A DNA stretch of 43,920 nt, taken from IMG/VR virus record IMGVR_UViG_3300038825_000664, positions 1 through 43,920 of that record. One strand, given 5' to 3'. Below the pieces are notes generated by a model that saw only the letters and a list, made by a program, of their open reading frames with translations, had not been told where the DNA came from and ran no database searches. Origin of the DNA: a virus. The position numbers and the translations under genes were made by a program. Shown here one piece after another: positions 7,900 to 15,980 of this stretch. Every line of letters begins with the position of its first letter. Positions within the stretch are counted from its first letter, which is position 1.

Positions 7900-8477
7900 T
7901 ACAGTAACCCTCTAACAGTTGACACCAAGTCGATAGCAATTAACTGAGTAGACTTGATTTCAGGTTTCGGGACGTATTTGCTGAACTCAGGTAAGATGTC
8001 AGTTAATTTTTTAACAGTGGTAACACTGTAAAGGACTGACTCGACATTTCGTATATCAACTTGAATCAAATTCATTTTGTCCTTGAACCGGTTAAATATT
8101 ACTTCAGCTTTTTTCATGTCAACGTGTTCTTTAGGATCAAAGTATTTACTGCTACACGCAATGGGTTCGATAGTGAAAGACTTTCTACCGATAGAATTAT
8201 CACGGAAGCTCAAGATGTCACAAACTACACCACTATCAATATGTTTTTGCTGGAAACGATACGGTAGTTGTGCACTATTAATTGTTGAGATGAAACCATC
8301 AGCAACCAGTTGTTTATTTTCGATACACACTTGACGATTCAATGGGTAAGTTTTAGCAATCAACGCAGAATACTGTGAACCCAGTAAATCAAACGCTTTT
8401 ACTATTTGCTTTTTCTTCTTAGCATTAACCCAGTTGTACAATGTTTCCTTCTTCATTTTATTAGTTAATCTTGTCAT
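7899..8477 (-). CDS. 192-aa early protein of unknown function
   Basis: I moved the start to the ATG at 8477 (MTRLTNK...), which has SD AAAGGTGA. The longer track start lies upstream of the predicted promoter and inside a terminator. No motif recognised. Confidence 0.7.
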   Translation of the reverse strand: MTRLTNKMKKETLYNWVNAKKKKQIVKAFDLLGSQYSALIAKTYPLNRQVCIENKQLVADGFISTINSAQLPYRFQQKHIDSGVVCDILSFRDNSIGRKSFTIEPIACSSKYFDPKEHVDMKKAEVIFNRFKDKMNLIQVDIRNVESVLYSVTTVKKLTDILPEFSKYVPKPEIKSTQLIAIDLVSTVRGLL

Positions 8478-8518
8478 CTTCGTCACCTTTATATAGTCAA
8501 TAATTAATGTTCGCTCAC

Positions 8519-8548
8519 AGTATAGTACCACACTGTTCCACATGTCAA
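8519..8548 (-). promoter_or_regulatory. Early promoter P2: TTGACA-N18-TATACT with a GTGGAACA spacer element
   Basis: The minus strand reads TTGACAtGTGGAACAgtGTggtacTATACT. It matches the plus-strand promoter at 15229-15258 at 25 of 30 positions. Confidence 0.7.
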
Positions 8549-8559
8549 ACATCAGACAC

Positions 8560-8586
8560 AAAAAAGCCGACTGTTACATCGGCTTT
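8560..8586 (-). terminator. Rho-independent terminator after the 103-aa moron gene
   Basis: The minus-strand RNA reads GCCGAU-GUAACA-GUCGGC followed by UUUUUU. Confidence 0.75.
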
Positions 8587-8602
8587 ATGTTTAGAATGTG
8601 AA

Positions 8603-8914
8603 TTACATTCGTTCAAAGTTTTGATTCTGCACTTTAGCAGTGTTCGCAATATAAGATACATTACTAATCAATGTTGGCGCTTTCGTTATCAGCTCCGCAC
8701 CATAATCGGTGATGACAATGGGACTCACTAACGCATGATAGTTGAACACCATCAACTCTTCACCAGGTTGAACTGTTAACGCTTTCAACTGTGTAACCTT
8801 TGCAGGTTCAACAAAAGCTGATTGCAACACTTTGTCTTTGAATTCAATGGCAGTAGCTGATATGGATAAAGACAACCCAATCATGCCAATCAATAAACGT
8901 TTACTCATTTTCAT
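8603..8914 (-). CDS. 103-aa secreted/periplasmic protein of unknown function (moron)
   Basis: Signal-peptide-like N-terminus (MKMSKRLLIGMIGLSLSISATA / IEF). The gene is flanked by its own promoter candidate and terminator. Confidence 0.7.
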   Translation of the reverse strand: MKMSKRLLIGMIGLSLSISATAIEFKDKVLQSAFVEPAKVTQLKALTVQPGEELMVFNYHALVSPIVITDYGAELITKAPTLISNVSYIANTAKVQNQNFERM

Positions 8915-8943
8915 AATATCAATCCTATATAAGAGGAACTTAA

Positions 8944-8972
8944 TTTATAGCAATAAACCGCTACACTTGCAA
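8944..8972 (-). promoter_or_regulatory. Sigma70-like promoter candidate TTGCAA-N17-TATAAA for the moron
   Basis: On the minus strand the -35 is at 8967-8972 and the -10 at 8944-8949. It lies directly after the MazG stop codon. Confidence 0.45.
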
Positions 8973-9329
8973 CTATTTGTCAGCGCGATCCTGAGCTTGT
9001 GCATCACTGTAACTGTGACCTTTGTAACGTTTACCCAGTTTATTGATATTTGCTTCAATGGTTTCTTCACGAGTGATACCAAGGCCCTGACGTAACCCTT
9101 CCATATAGAACTCAAGATCACCAAGTTCTTCAATGACATTCTCACGGTCAAGTGGTTTACGATAGATGACTGACTTCTTCACAGCATCAAGTAACTCACC
9201 AGACTCACCACTGATACCCACTGCCATATGCAGCAGATGAGCATCGTCACCAGTAAGTTCAGCAGCAATGAGTTCACCAGGTTTAGCTAATTGCGCCACC
9301 ATGTCACTATGATTAATGTTCTGTTTCAT
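8973..9329 (-). CDS. mazG: MazG-like nucleoside triphosphate pyrophosphohydrolase, 118 aa
   Basis: Acidic metal-binding helices are present (GESGELLDAVKK and EELGDLEFY). AGGAGAA SD. Confidence 0.8.
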   Translation of the reverse strand: MKQNINHSDMVAQLAKPGELIAAELTGDDAHLLHMAVGISGESGELLDAVKKSVIYRKPLDRENVIEELGDLEFYMEGLRQGLGITREETIEANINKLGKRYKGHSYSDAQAQDRADK

Positions 9330-9585
9330 TTTCTTCTCCTGCTGTTAAGTTAATAGTGATACCTTCAACAAGTACCGGCATGAATAGACCCAATGATTGA
9401 ACGTTCTCTTTAGCCATTTGATACTGCGCTAAGAATTGAACGGCCCACCCATCTTTATTTTCCGCGACGAATGAAGCAACAAGTTTATGTTCACTTGCTT
9501 CAAATGCATCAATCCACATCTCAGACATTTCAATGAACGTGTTGTTCACCAGCTCTTGTGTAATTTTTTCAGTTTTCTCAGTCAT
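9313..9585 (-). CDS. 90-aa hypothetical protein
   Basis: Start chosen at the ATG after SD AAGGTGA (MTEKTEK...). The ATG two codons upstream is equally possible. The 3' end overlaps the MazG start. Confidence 0.6.
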   Translation of the reverse strand: MTEKTEKITQELVNNTFIEMSEMWIDAFEASEHKLVASFVAENKDGWAVQFLAQYQMAKENVQSLGLFMPVLVEGITINLTAGEENETEH

Positions 9586-9630
9586 TGTCATCACCTTAGT
9601 TTGCCAGCAACACTGTCACTGGCGTTAAGT

Positions 9631-11517
9631 TTATATTTCACATGAACCAGCAGAACACGCTAGTGTTTGCATTGCTTCAGTGTTGTCATCTTCTTCGTTC
9701 AAGTCAGTCCAGTCTACACTTGGTGTAGGGTTAGCTTCAACCCATGCAACATACTCATCACGAGTTAAGTCTTGATATGGTGCTTGCTGATACGTGTGAT
9801 CGGTATGTGGTAAGAAACTGATACCAGACACTTCATCAAAGTGTTCATATACCCATGCACCAACTGCAACCCATTCTTCATCACGTACTGTGATAGTCAC
9901 CGATGGTTTATGTTCACACCATTCACGTTGATACATCAACCACAGTTCAAGTGCTTCCATTGCTGATACTTGATCACGAGTAACCGATGACTCAGGTGCT
10001 TCAATGGCAAAGCTGACCACAGCAGTGCTATCAGGACGCATGACATCATCTTCAGTCACAAAACCACGTTCTTTCATGAACTCATATAACGGGTCTTTCT
10101 TATCAACACGAACTGTACGAATGTAATTGTGGTTATGACGTGCATGAATACCTGAAGCAGTGTTACACAGTTGGCTAACAGTACCAGATGGTTTGACACA
10201 TGTGATAGCAGTAGAAGTATTCACACCGAGGTTAACAGACCATAATTCATTAATAGTACGAGCATGATCACGTAACTTGTTCAACACATCAGTTAGCACA
10301 TCAGTACCTTCGACACCCGACATCAATTTATTGTCCATGATACCGGTGAGACTGACACCCAATAAAGCTTCTTCAGCAGTATTCTGTTCCCATGCTTCAG
10401 ATACGAAGTTGAAATCAGTCAGTGTTGATTGCAGTGTACCCAGGATGGTAGCCACTTCAACTTTTTCCATTAACGACTCAAGTGTGTCATCTTCACGGAT
10501 AATCACTTCAGACAGGTTACACAGTTGCTTGTCACGCAGAATAATCTCTGAACAAGGGTTACAACCATAAGATAGATCAGCAGGACGACGACCCCATTTA
10601 GCTGCTTGCTTACCTGCTGCTTCACGGTTGAAGATACCACGTTCACCTGATTTAGATTTAACCAGTGATAGCCACTCTTCCATGAATATCTCAGCAGAAG
10701 GTTTCTCAGTGTATGCAACACTGTTGTTTGCTAGACCACGTTGAGGATTGTCTGACCACCACTGACCAGCTTTAGCATCACGCATACGTTGATCTGACAA
10801 GTTGCTCAGACTGATAAGTGCACTACGACGTACACCACCAACCACAACTATCTCACCAATCATGCACATAAGGTCATGCACTTCAAGACTGTTTAGCTTG
10901 CGACCACGAGCTTTCAAGAAGGTATCAATGGTGAACTTAAACAATCGGTCTAATGGTGCAGGACCTGAAGCACGACCACCGAACACTTTCAAACGTTCAC
11001 CAGCAGCACGAACACGACTATAATCAACGTTAGGTATATCACCATTCCATAGATGACTGAGTAATGCGTGGTAAGCTTTGGCCCAACCTTTCTTACTGTC
11101 ACCGACGACAATGGTGCTGTCAGTCTTTTCAATTTCATCAGGGATAGGTGGTAACCCTGCAACTTCTTGACGTTCACACGAGAAACCTACACCAGTACCA
11201 CACATTAAGATGTACAGTGCTTCAGCGAATGAACGCTTAGTATTGACCGCGAGATATGAACAGTTGAAACCTGCTAGGTTCTCACGTTCTAATGCAGGAC
11301 CTGCTGACATAAGTGCACGCATTGACGGCATGACTTTCAGATCGGTGATGAACTCCTTCACTTTACCATTGAGAACATTGGTGTGTTCACCATTAGTCTT
11401 CTTGTCGAAGAAATCAATGTAACGCTGTACTGTTTCTTCCCATGTTTCACGACGACCTAGATCATCGCGCCAGCGTGAATAACGTGATATGTGTATGTAC
11501 TGTTGATATAAATCCAT
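9631..11517 (-). CDS. nrdJ: Ribonucleotide reductase, class II-like (cobalamin-dependent type), 628 aa
   Basis: NPCSEI active-site Cys loop. C-terminal redox pair CSAGSCEI. N-terminal YSRW..RETWEETV..R pattern. No NrdB-like beta subunit anywhere in the genome. Confidence 0.72.
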   Translation of the reverse strand: MDLYQQYIHISRYSRWRDDLGRRETWEETVQRYIDFFDKKTNGEHTNVLNGKVKEFITDLKVMPSMRALMSAGPALERENLAGFNCSYLAVNTKRSFAEALYILMCGTGVGFSCERQEVAGLPPIPDEIEKTDSTIVVGDSKKGWAKAYHALLSHLWNGDIPNVDYSRVRAAGERLKVFGGRASGPAPLDRLFKFTIDTFLKARGRKLNSLEVHDLMCMIGEIVVVGGVRRSALISLSNLSDQRMRDAKAGQWWSDNPQRGLANNSVAYTEKPSAEIFMEEWLSLVKSKSGERGIFNREAAGKQAAKWGRRPADLSYGCNPCSEIILRDKQLCNLSEVIIREDDTLESLMEKVEVATILGTLQSTLTDFNFVSEAWEQNTAEEALLGVSLTGIMDNKLMSGVEGTDVLTDVLNKLRDHARTINELWSVNLGVNTSTAITCVKPSGTVSQLCNTASGIHARHNHNYIRTVRVDKKDPLYEFMKERGFVTEDDVMRPDSTAVVSFAIEAPESSVTRDQVSAMEALELWLMYQREWCEHKPSVTITVRDEEWVAVGAWVYEHFDEVSGISFLPHTDHTYQQAPYQDLTRDEYVAWVEANPTPSVDWTDLNEEDDNTEAMQTLACSAGSCEI

Positions 11518-11519
11518 GA

Positions 11520-12206
11520 TTAATAACCTTGTGCTTCGTAACGTTTCTTGAAAGCAGCAACCGCAACCGGTGCTACATCTTTGATTAATTCCAATATTGC
11601 TTCAGCATAAACTCTGATTTCATATTGGGCGTGAGGGTGTAACCGTTCAGCTAAGAATCGGAATAGGTTGTGCAGGTTCATCGTGGCGAACATGTGAGAA
11701 TAAGTAGCTACCGGTAACACTGAGCGTGCAAGCTCACGTGGACAACCTTGTGCTATCATAACTTTATAATCATTGAATGCATCACGGTTACGTTCTAACA
11801 TTATTTGTCTAAAGTATTCAGCTTTAGGATGAACTTCATCAGTACGCATCTGCTTGTTATCAGTTGACTGAGTTGTGATTTGTTCAACTTCAGGAATGTA
11901 GAACTCTTCAGGTAGCTCTTTATATCGCGCACTCAGTTCATTGAATGATTGAGTACGGTGACGATGCCACTGACGGAATACGAAGATTGGTGCTTTGACT
12001 TCAAACGTAAACGTCACCGCTTCAAACGGTGTATTGTGACCATTGTTATATAGATAGCTGATAAGACGTGCATCACTACCTTTGTCTTCACCAGCACGCC
12101 ACTCAGCGTCATAAGACACACGAGCATTTCTAGCGATTGATAAATCACTACCCATTGAATCAACGAGTCGAATCAACCCGTGATCAAGTACATTAATCTT
12201 TTTCAT
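11520..12206 (-). CDS. thyX: Flavin-dependent thymidylate synthase ThyX, 228 aa
   Basis: ThyX signature RHRTQSFNELSARY (RHRxxSxxxxSxR). Start placed at the ATG after SD AGGTGA; the track start is a GTG 9 nt upstream. Confidence 0.9.
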   Translation of the reverse strand: MKKINVLDHGLIRLVDSMGSDLSIARNARVSYDAEWRAGEDKGSDARLISYLYNNGHNTPFEAVTFTFEVKAPIFVFRQWHRHRTQSFNELSARYKELPEEFYIPEVEQITTQSTDNKQMRTDEVHPKAEYFRQIMLERNRDAFNDYKVMIAQGCPRELARSVLPVATYSHMFATMNLHNLFRFLAERLHPHAQYEIRVYAEAILELIKDVAPVAVAAFKKRYEAQGY

Positions 12207-12426
12207 TGTCGTCACCTTTTAGTTGTTCCATTTCAATAGAACGGTTAATACTTGCAATAGCTTCATTTTTATCTTGAATACTATCCTTCACACCACGTTG
12301 ACCTGGGGCCAAACATTTCTTTACACCGTGAGCCATAGCAGGACATGTCACATTGAATGCTTGCAGCACATCATATACATCAACCCATACACCAGGTTTA
12401 ATCTCACGTTGATATTTATTACTCAT
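12193..12426 (-). CDS. DUF3310-like small protein, 77 aa
   Basis: Start moved to MSNKYQ, which has SD GGAGTGA. The pattern VDVYDVLQAF...HGVKKCLAPGQRG...DKNEAIASINRSIE resembles DUF3310 as I remember it. Confidence 0.55.
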   Translation of the reverse strand: MSNKYQREIKPGVWVDVYDVLQAFNVTCPAMAHGVKKCLAPGQRGVKDSIQDKNEAIASINRSIEMEQLKGDDNEKD

Positions 12427-12463
12427 CTTCGTCACTCCATTATGTAGAACATTGTCCCACGTG

Positions 12464-15073
12464 TCAACGTACAACTGTCAATGATTGTTCACCACGTGCA
12501 ATTTTCATCTGACGTTCATACTCGTGGTATAACTGCGTCGATGTCATGTGCACATATTTCTCTTCATCTCGAATTATCCACAGACGTGCATCACTGCATC
12601 GTACTTGTCGGTAACTCCCAATCTCTTTCAGGACCATTCCCACTTTCTTATCAGTGAAGAACTTAGGATCGGTCATCATATCTGACGGCATCATTGCGCC
12701 AGCACGTAAGGTTTCACCCATGTCATTACTGGTGAGAACATCACATCTGAATGCACCATGTTCTTTAACGATAAACTGTTCAATCGTTTGCTGCATTGGT
12801 GACTTACTTGACTCTTTGATTTCTCGCAGGAACTCAGTCATCGGTGGTGCTTCATTAGGGTTGAAGGTAGATAAGTCAACCACGTGCATTAGATGGTGCA
12901 CAACGGCTTTCCATCCACCACCTTTCATCCAGTTCCACCGGTCTTCCCAGTATTCAAGCCACTCACGCTTCATGTTGTCCTGCTTATCACGAGGATTAAG
13001 ATCGGACCACAAAGCGTAGAAACGACGACTAGGACCATTCAAGCGTAAAGGCATTACACTATTCGTTGTCATAGTAGCATTGACGATGTTACGAATTTTA
13101 ATTGGCTTGATGCCTTTCTGGTTCACTCTCAATGTATCAGGTGGAGCTGCTGCCAATGGCTTCAGTTTGTTACTCACTGCCAATGCTTCACGACGGTCAC
13201 CCAATTCTGCTTCATTGATATGCAGGTACTTAGTTGATAGTAAGAATTCTCTGAAGTCTGACAGTAAATCTTCACCTTCAATAGTGGTGTGGTTGTCACC
13301 CATTGCTTTGATAAGTGGGTACAATAAGAAATCTTTACCACAACCTTCACCACTACCAAGTAGTAACATGTGATTGATCTTGCGATCAGGATGACGCAGT
13401 GTGAAAGCCATCCACTTTTCAATGTGGTCACGGTGTTCTTCCCAACCTAACGCATCAAAGTGTTGTAACCATCGACTAGCATCACCAAGCTCACCGAAGT
13501 GTTGAGATGATTCACACCAAGTGTTCGCGTACCGGCAACCGTTCTCGATGAACACACGTGGTTGTTTCGGTGCGTAGTCAAGTCGGTCAACCTTTTGCAC
13601 TCGACCATCTTGCAATGCAATCTTACGGGCCTCTGCATCTTCGTGACTGAATGCATTTTGAAACGCCTCAGTGCTGAAGAATATGCTTGACTCCCAGTCA
13701 TAGAATTGGTTTAGCTCTTTAACGAATACCACATTGTCATAGAATTCTTGTTTACTTACTTTCTCACCATACCAAGTCTTACGAAGATCGGTGATGATGT
13801 CTTTAAAATCTGCTTTACTCCACCGCATAATATCAACGACGACTTCATGCCAATGTTTCTGATCTATCTTTGGCATATCATCAGTGAACTTCAGAACCGT
13901 CGAAGCCATCTCACGTTGCTCAGTAGTACCAGGTAGCTGACGACGCAGTTGATCACAGATAAGTTGCAGTGCATCAGGGTTAACATCTTCAACGGGTGCA
14001 CTTGGTGGTGCGATTGGTTGAGCTAAGAACGACGGTTCAAATTCAGTGATTGCTTGTGCTGTTACCGCATTAGGTTGAATCGTTGGTTGTGCAACAGGGG
14101 CCATGAAAGAGATTGGTGCAGCGATGGCATCGAGTTCTCGCATAACCTGCCAATTTTTAAGCTTTGCACTGAAGCCTGGGGTATCGTTGTCGATAAATCG
14201 TAAAAGGTCTGCACCGGTACGTTCTTGACAGTTTCCGTGGTGACACTTAAAACCGATAGTCCCATCACTATTTGTGAAGACAGCGCTTCCTGAATTGTCT
14301 TGTCCAGTATGGTCTTCAACCCATGGGCATGTAATATCGAAACGTCCATCTGATCGCACCTCTTTGATGTGAATAGTATCTGGTATATTAACTAACGGAT
14401 GATCGGAAACAGCAGCAGCACCATCAACACGTGACTCACGTCGTTCTTTATCAAGATCAACAGCGAAGGGTAATGCTAATGCTTCTAAGGTAACTCTGTT
14501 GAACGGTTCCCACAGTCTCATCTGACACTTGTAAGGTTGACCATTCACCAGTTTGCTTGCTTTGTTGTTCACACCTTCAGGAAGTCTAAGGTAACGAGTC
14601 ACACCCTTCATACCAGGATCACGACCATCTGGTGCTAGACCATTGGCAACTAGACCATCAAGTAAGTTTTCAACACGACCACGGTCAGCACATGGTGTGT
14701 CAAGAATATACCCCCATTGTTCCGATCCTGCTGATGATTCTAATATCCATGCAGGTTTAGGTAATTTGTTGACTTCCACCATTGATAACTTTTCTTTTAC
14801 ATCATCAAGAACGATACACGGTGTCTGCTTGAACAATGCTTTACGACGACGAGCTTGTTGCTGGTCATCACAATAGAATGTGCTGATGGTGAAATACTGA
14901 TTAGTGTTTGGTGCGATGTTGTAACGCGAGAAATAGTCACCCTTCCAAGCGATCAAGTGCTTGTCTTTAGGTATGTTACCTGGGTCATAAGGGAAATCTG
15001 TGACGTGACACCACGGTGCATCTTCACCAAAAATAGCGTCAATGAATTCTTTATTACTGATTTGTAATTGCAT
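12464..15073 (-). CDS. Primase-polymerase / Zn-binding / SF3 (VirE/D5-type) helicase fusion, 869 aa
   Basis: AEP-like motifs in the N-terminal part (IVLDDV and RYLRLPEGVNNK). Cys/His cluster CPWVEDH...CHHGNC. Walker A is LLLGSGEGCGKD and Walker B-like is YLHINEAE. Confidence 0.8.
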   Translation of the reverse strand: MQLQISNKEFIDAIFGEDAPWCHVTDFPYDPGNIPKDKHLIAWKGDYFSRYNIAPNTNQYFTISTFYCDDQQQARRRKALFKQTPCIVLDDVKEKLSMVEVNKLPKPAWILESSAGSEQWGYILDTPCADRGRVENLLDGLVANGLAPDGRDPGMKGVTRYLRLPEGVNNKASKLVNGQPYKCQMRLWEPFNRVTLEALALPFAVDLDKERRESRVDGAAAVSDHPLVNIPDTIHIKEVRSDGRFDITCPWVEDHTGQDNSGSAVFTNSDGTIGFKCHHGNCQERTGADLLRFIDNDTPGFSAKLKNWQVMRELDAIAAPISFMAPVAQPTIQPNAVTAQAITEFEPSFLAQPIAPPSAPVEDVNPDALQLICDQLRRQLPGTTEQREMASTVLKFTDDMPKIDQKHWHEVVVDIMRWSKADFKDIITDLRKTWYGEKVSKQEFYDNVVFVKELNQFYDWESSIFFSTEAFQNAFSHEDAEARKIALQDGRVQKVDRLDYAPKQPRVFIENGCRYANTWCESSQHFGELGDASRWLQHFDALGWEEHRDHIEKWMAFTLRHPDRKINHMLLLGSGEGCGKDFLLYPLIKAMGDNHTTIEGEDLLSDFREFLLSTKYLHINEAELGDRREALAVSNKLKPLAAAPPDTLRVNQKGIKPIKIRNIVNATMTTNSVMPLRLNGPSRRFYALWSDLNPRDKQDNMKREWLEYWEDRWNWMKGGGWKAVVHHLMHVVDLSTFNPNEAPPMTEFLREIKESSKSPMQQTIEQFIVKEHGAFRCDVLTSNDMGETLRAGAMMPSDMMTDPKFFTDKKVGMVLKEIGSYRQVRCSDARLWIIRDEEKYVHMTSTQLYHEYERQMKIARGEQSLTVVR

Positions 15074-15174
15074 TTAATCTGACCTTATAACTGACTGACC
15101 TGTAAGAGAATTGCGGCAACCTGGTCAGAGTAGGCTGTCTCAGTAACGATCAATCACCGATAAGCCGCATGTAC

Positions 15175-15219
15175 ATTTAAGCATAAAGCCAATTTAAACG
15201 CAATGTGAAACTTTATCAA
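15175..15219 (-). promoter_or_regulatory. Leftward early promoter candidates (TTGATA-N17-TAAATT and/or TTGCGT-N17-TTAAAT)
   Basis: Two overlapping sigma70-like hexamer pairs on the minus strand, back to back with the rightward promoter. Either would leave a leader of about 100 nt before the primase ATG. Confidence 0.4.
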
Positions 15220-15228
15220 ACATTATTG

Positions 15229-15258
15229 TTGACAGGTGGAACATTGTAATATTATACT
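15229..15258 (+). promoter_or_regulatory. Early promoter P1: TTGACA-N18-TATACT with a GTGGAACA spacer element
   Basis: The sequence reads TTGACAgGTGGAACAttGTaatatTATACT. It lies about 40 nt upstream of the RHH gene ATG, which has SD GAGGAA. Confidence 0.75.
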
Positions 15259-15298
15259 TGCTCACGGTGACACAACGAACTGATGAGGAAACTTCACC

Positions 15299-15526
15299 AT
15301 GTCTGCTGAAGATAGTGAAACAAATGAAGTATTAGATGGTGACTTACGCATGAGAATGTCACAGTCCGAACTTGATACATTTCAAAAGAAATCGAAACGT
15401 GTAACAGGTAAACCATACCAGTTAATGCTTCGTGAAATGATAACAGCGTTCAATGATGGTCGATTACGCATCGTTCCAACTGAAGAACAAAAATCCCAAC
15501 TTGGAGAATTATACAATGTCGATTAA
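15299..15526 (+). CDS. Ribbon-helix-helix-type small DNA-binding protein (putative early regulator), 75 aa
   Basis: A beta-strand then two helices: [30 protein letters not shown]. It is the first gene after promoter P1. Confidence 0.55.
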   Translation: MSAEDSETNEVLDGDLRMRMSQSELDTFQKKSKRVTGKPYQLMLREMITAFNDGRLRIVPTEEQKSQLGELYNVD

Positions 15527-15980
15527 AAATGTTAGTGAAATTATCACACTAGGTCAGGTCATGATCAGTGGTGAAAGCCCTGAAGCAAAAACACGTGGTA
15601 CTAAGTTGCTTGTTGACTTAGCTAACCAGTTGCTTCCTGAACTGGTAGTGGTCAGTGGTCCTGCGCCAGCAAAACCTAAAGCTGAAAAGAAAGTCGCTGC
15701 ACCAGCACCTGCACCAGCACCTGCACCAGCACCAGCACCAGCACCTGCACCTGCACCAGCACCTGCACCAGCACCTGCACCTGCACCTGCACCTGCACCT
15801 GCACCAGCCGCAACCATGACACCTGAAGAGTTAAACAATGCTTTAGTTGTTGAGTTCCGTCGTCTAGGTTCTCGTGAAGGTATTGATCAAGCGATGGCTG
15901 AACTTGGTGTAACGTCAGTGAACGACTTGAAACCTGAACAGTTCTCTGTGCTACTTGCAGCAGTTCAAGGTATAAAGTAA
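15516..15980 (+). CDS. 154-aa two-domain protein joined by an (Ala-Pro)18 linker, unknown function
   Basis: Start moved to the ATG at 15516, with GGAGAA 7 nt upstream. The stop overlaps the next ATG (TAATG). Confidence 0.7.
   Translation: MSIKNVSEIITLGQVMISGESPEAKTRGTKLLVDLANQLLPELVVVSGPAPAKPKAEKKVAAPAPAPAPAPAPAPAPAPAPAPAPAPAPAPAPAPAPAATMTPEELNNALVVEFRRLGSREGIDQAMAELGVTSVNDLKPEQFSVLLAAVQGIK
15699..15806 (+). repeat. Hexanucleotide microsatellite (GCACCW) x18 encoding (AP)18
   Basis: I counted 18 consecutive in-frame gcacca/gcacct units. Confidence 0.95.

Noticed and set aside
8477-8561. N-terminal extensions in the ORF track: 8561 for the 192-aa gene, and likewise 6527, 12474, 15453, 41579, 43830, 12215 and 22162.
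   Set aside because: The extensions begin at non-ATG codons or run through a predicted promoter or terminator. Internal ATGs with GGTGA or GGAG Shine-Dalgarno sequences at proper spacing fit better.
9595-9630. Small GCCAG...CTGGC hairpin between the RNR gene and the 90-aa gene.
   Set aside because: It has only a 5-bp stem with an 11-nt loop and no U-tract, so it cannot be distinguished from chance.
15554-15838. 94-aa minus-strand ORF rich in (Gly-Ala) repeats.
   Set aside because: It is the antisense reading of the (GCACCW)18 microsatellite. It has no SD and lies wholly inside a well-supported plus-strand gene.
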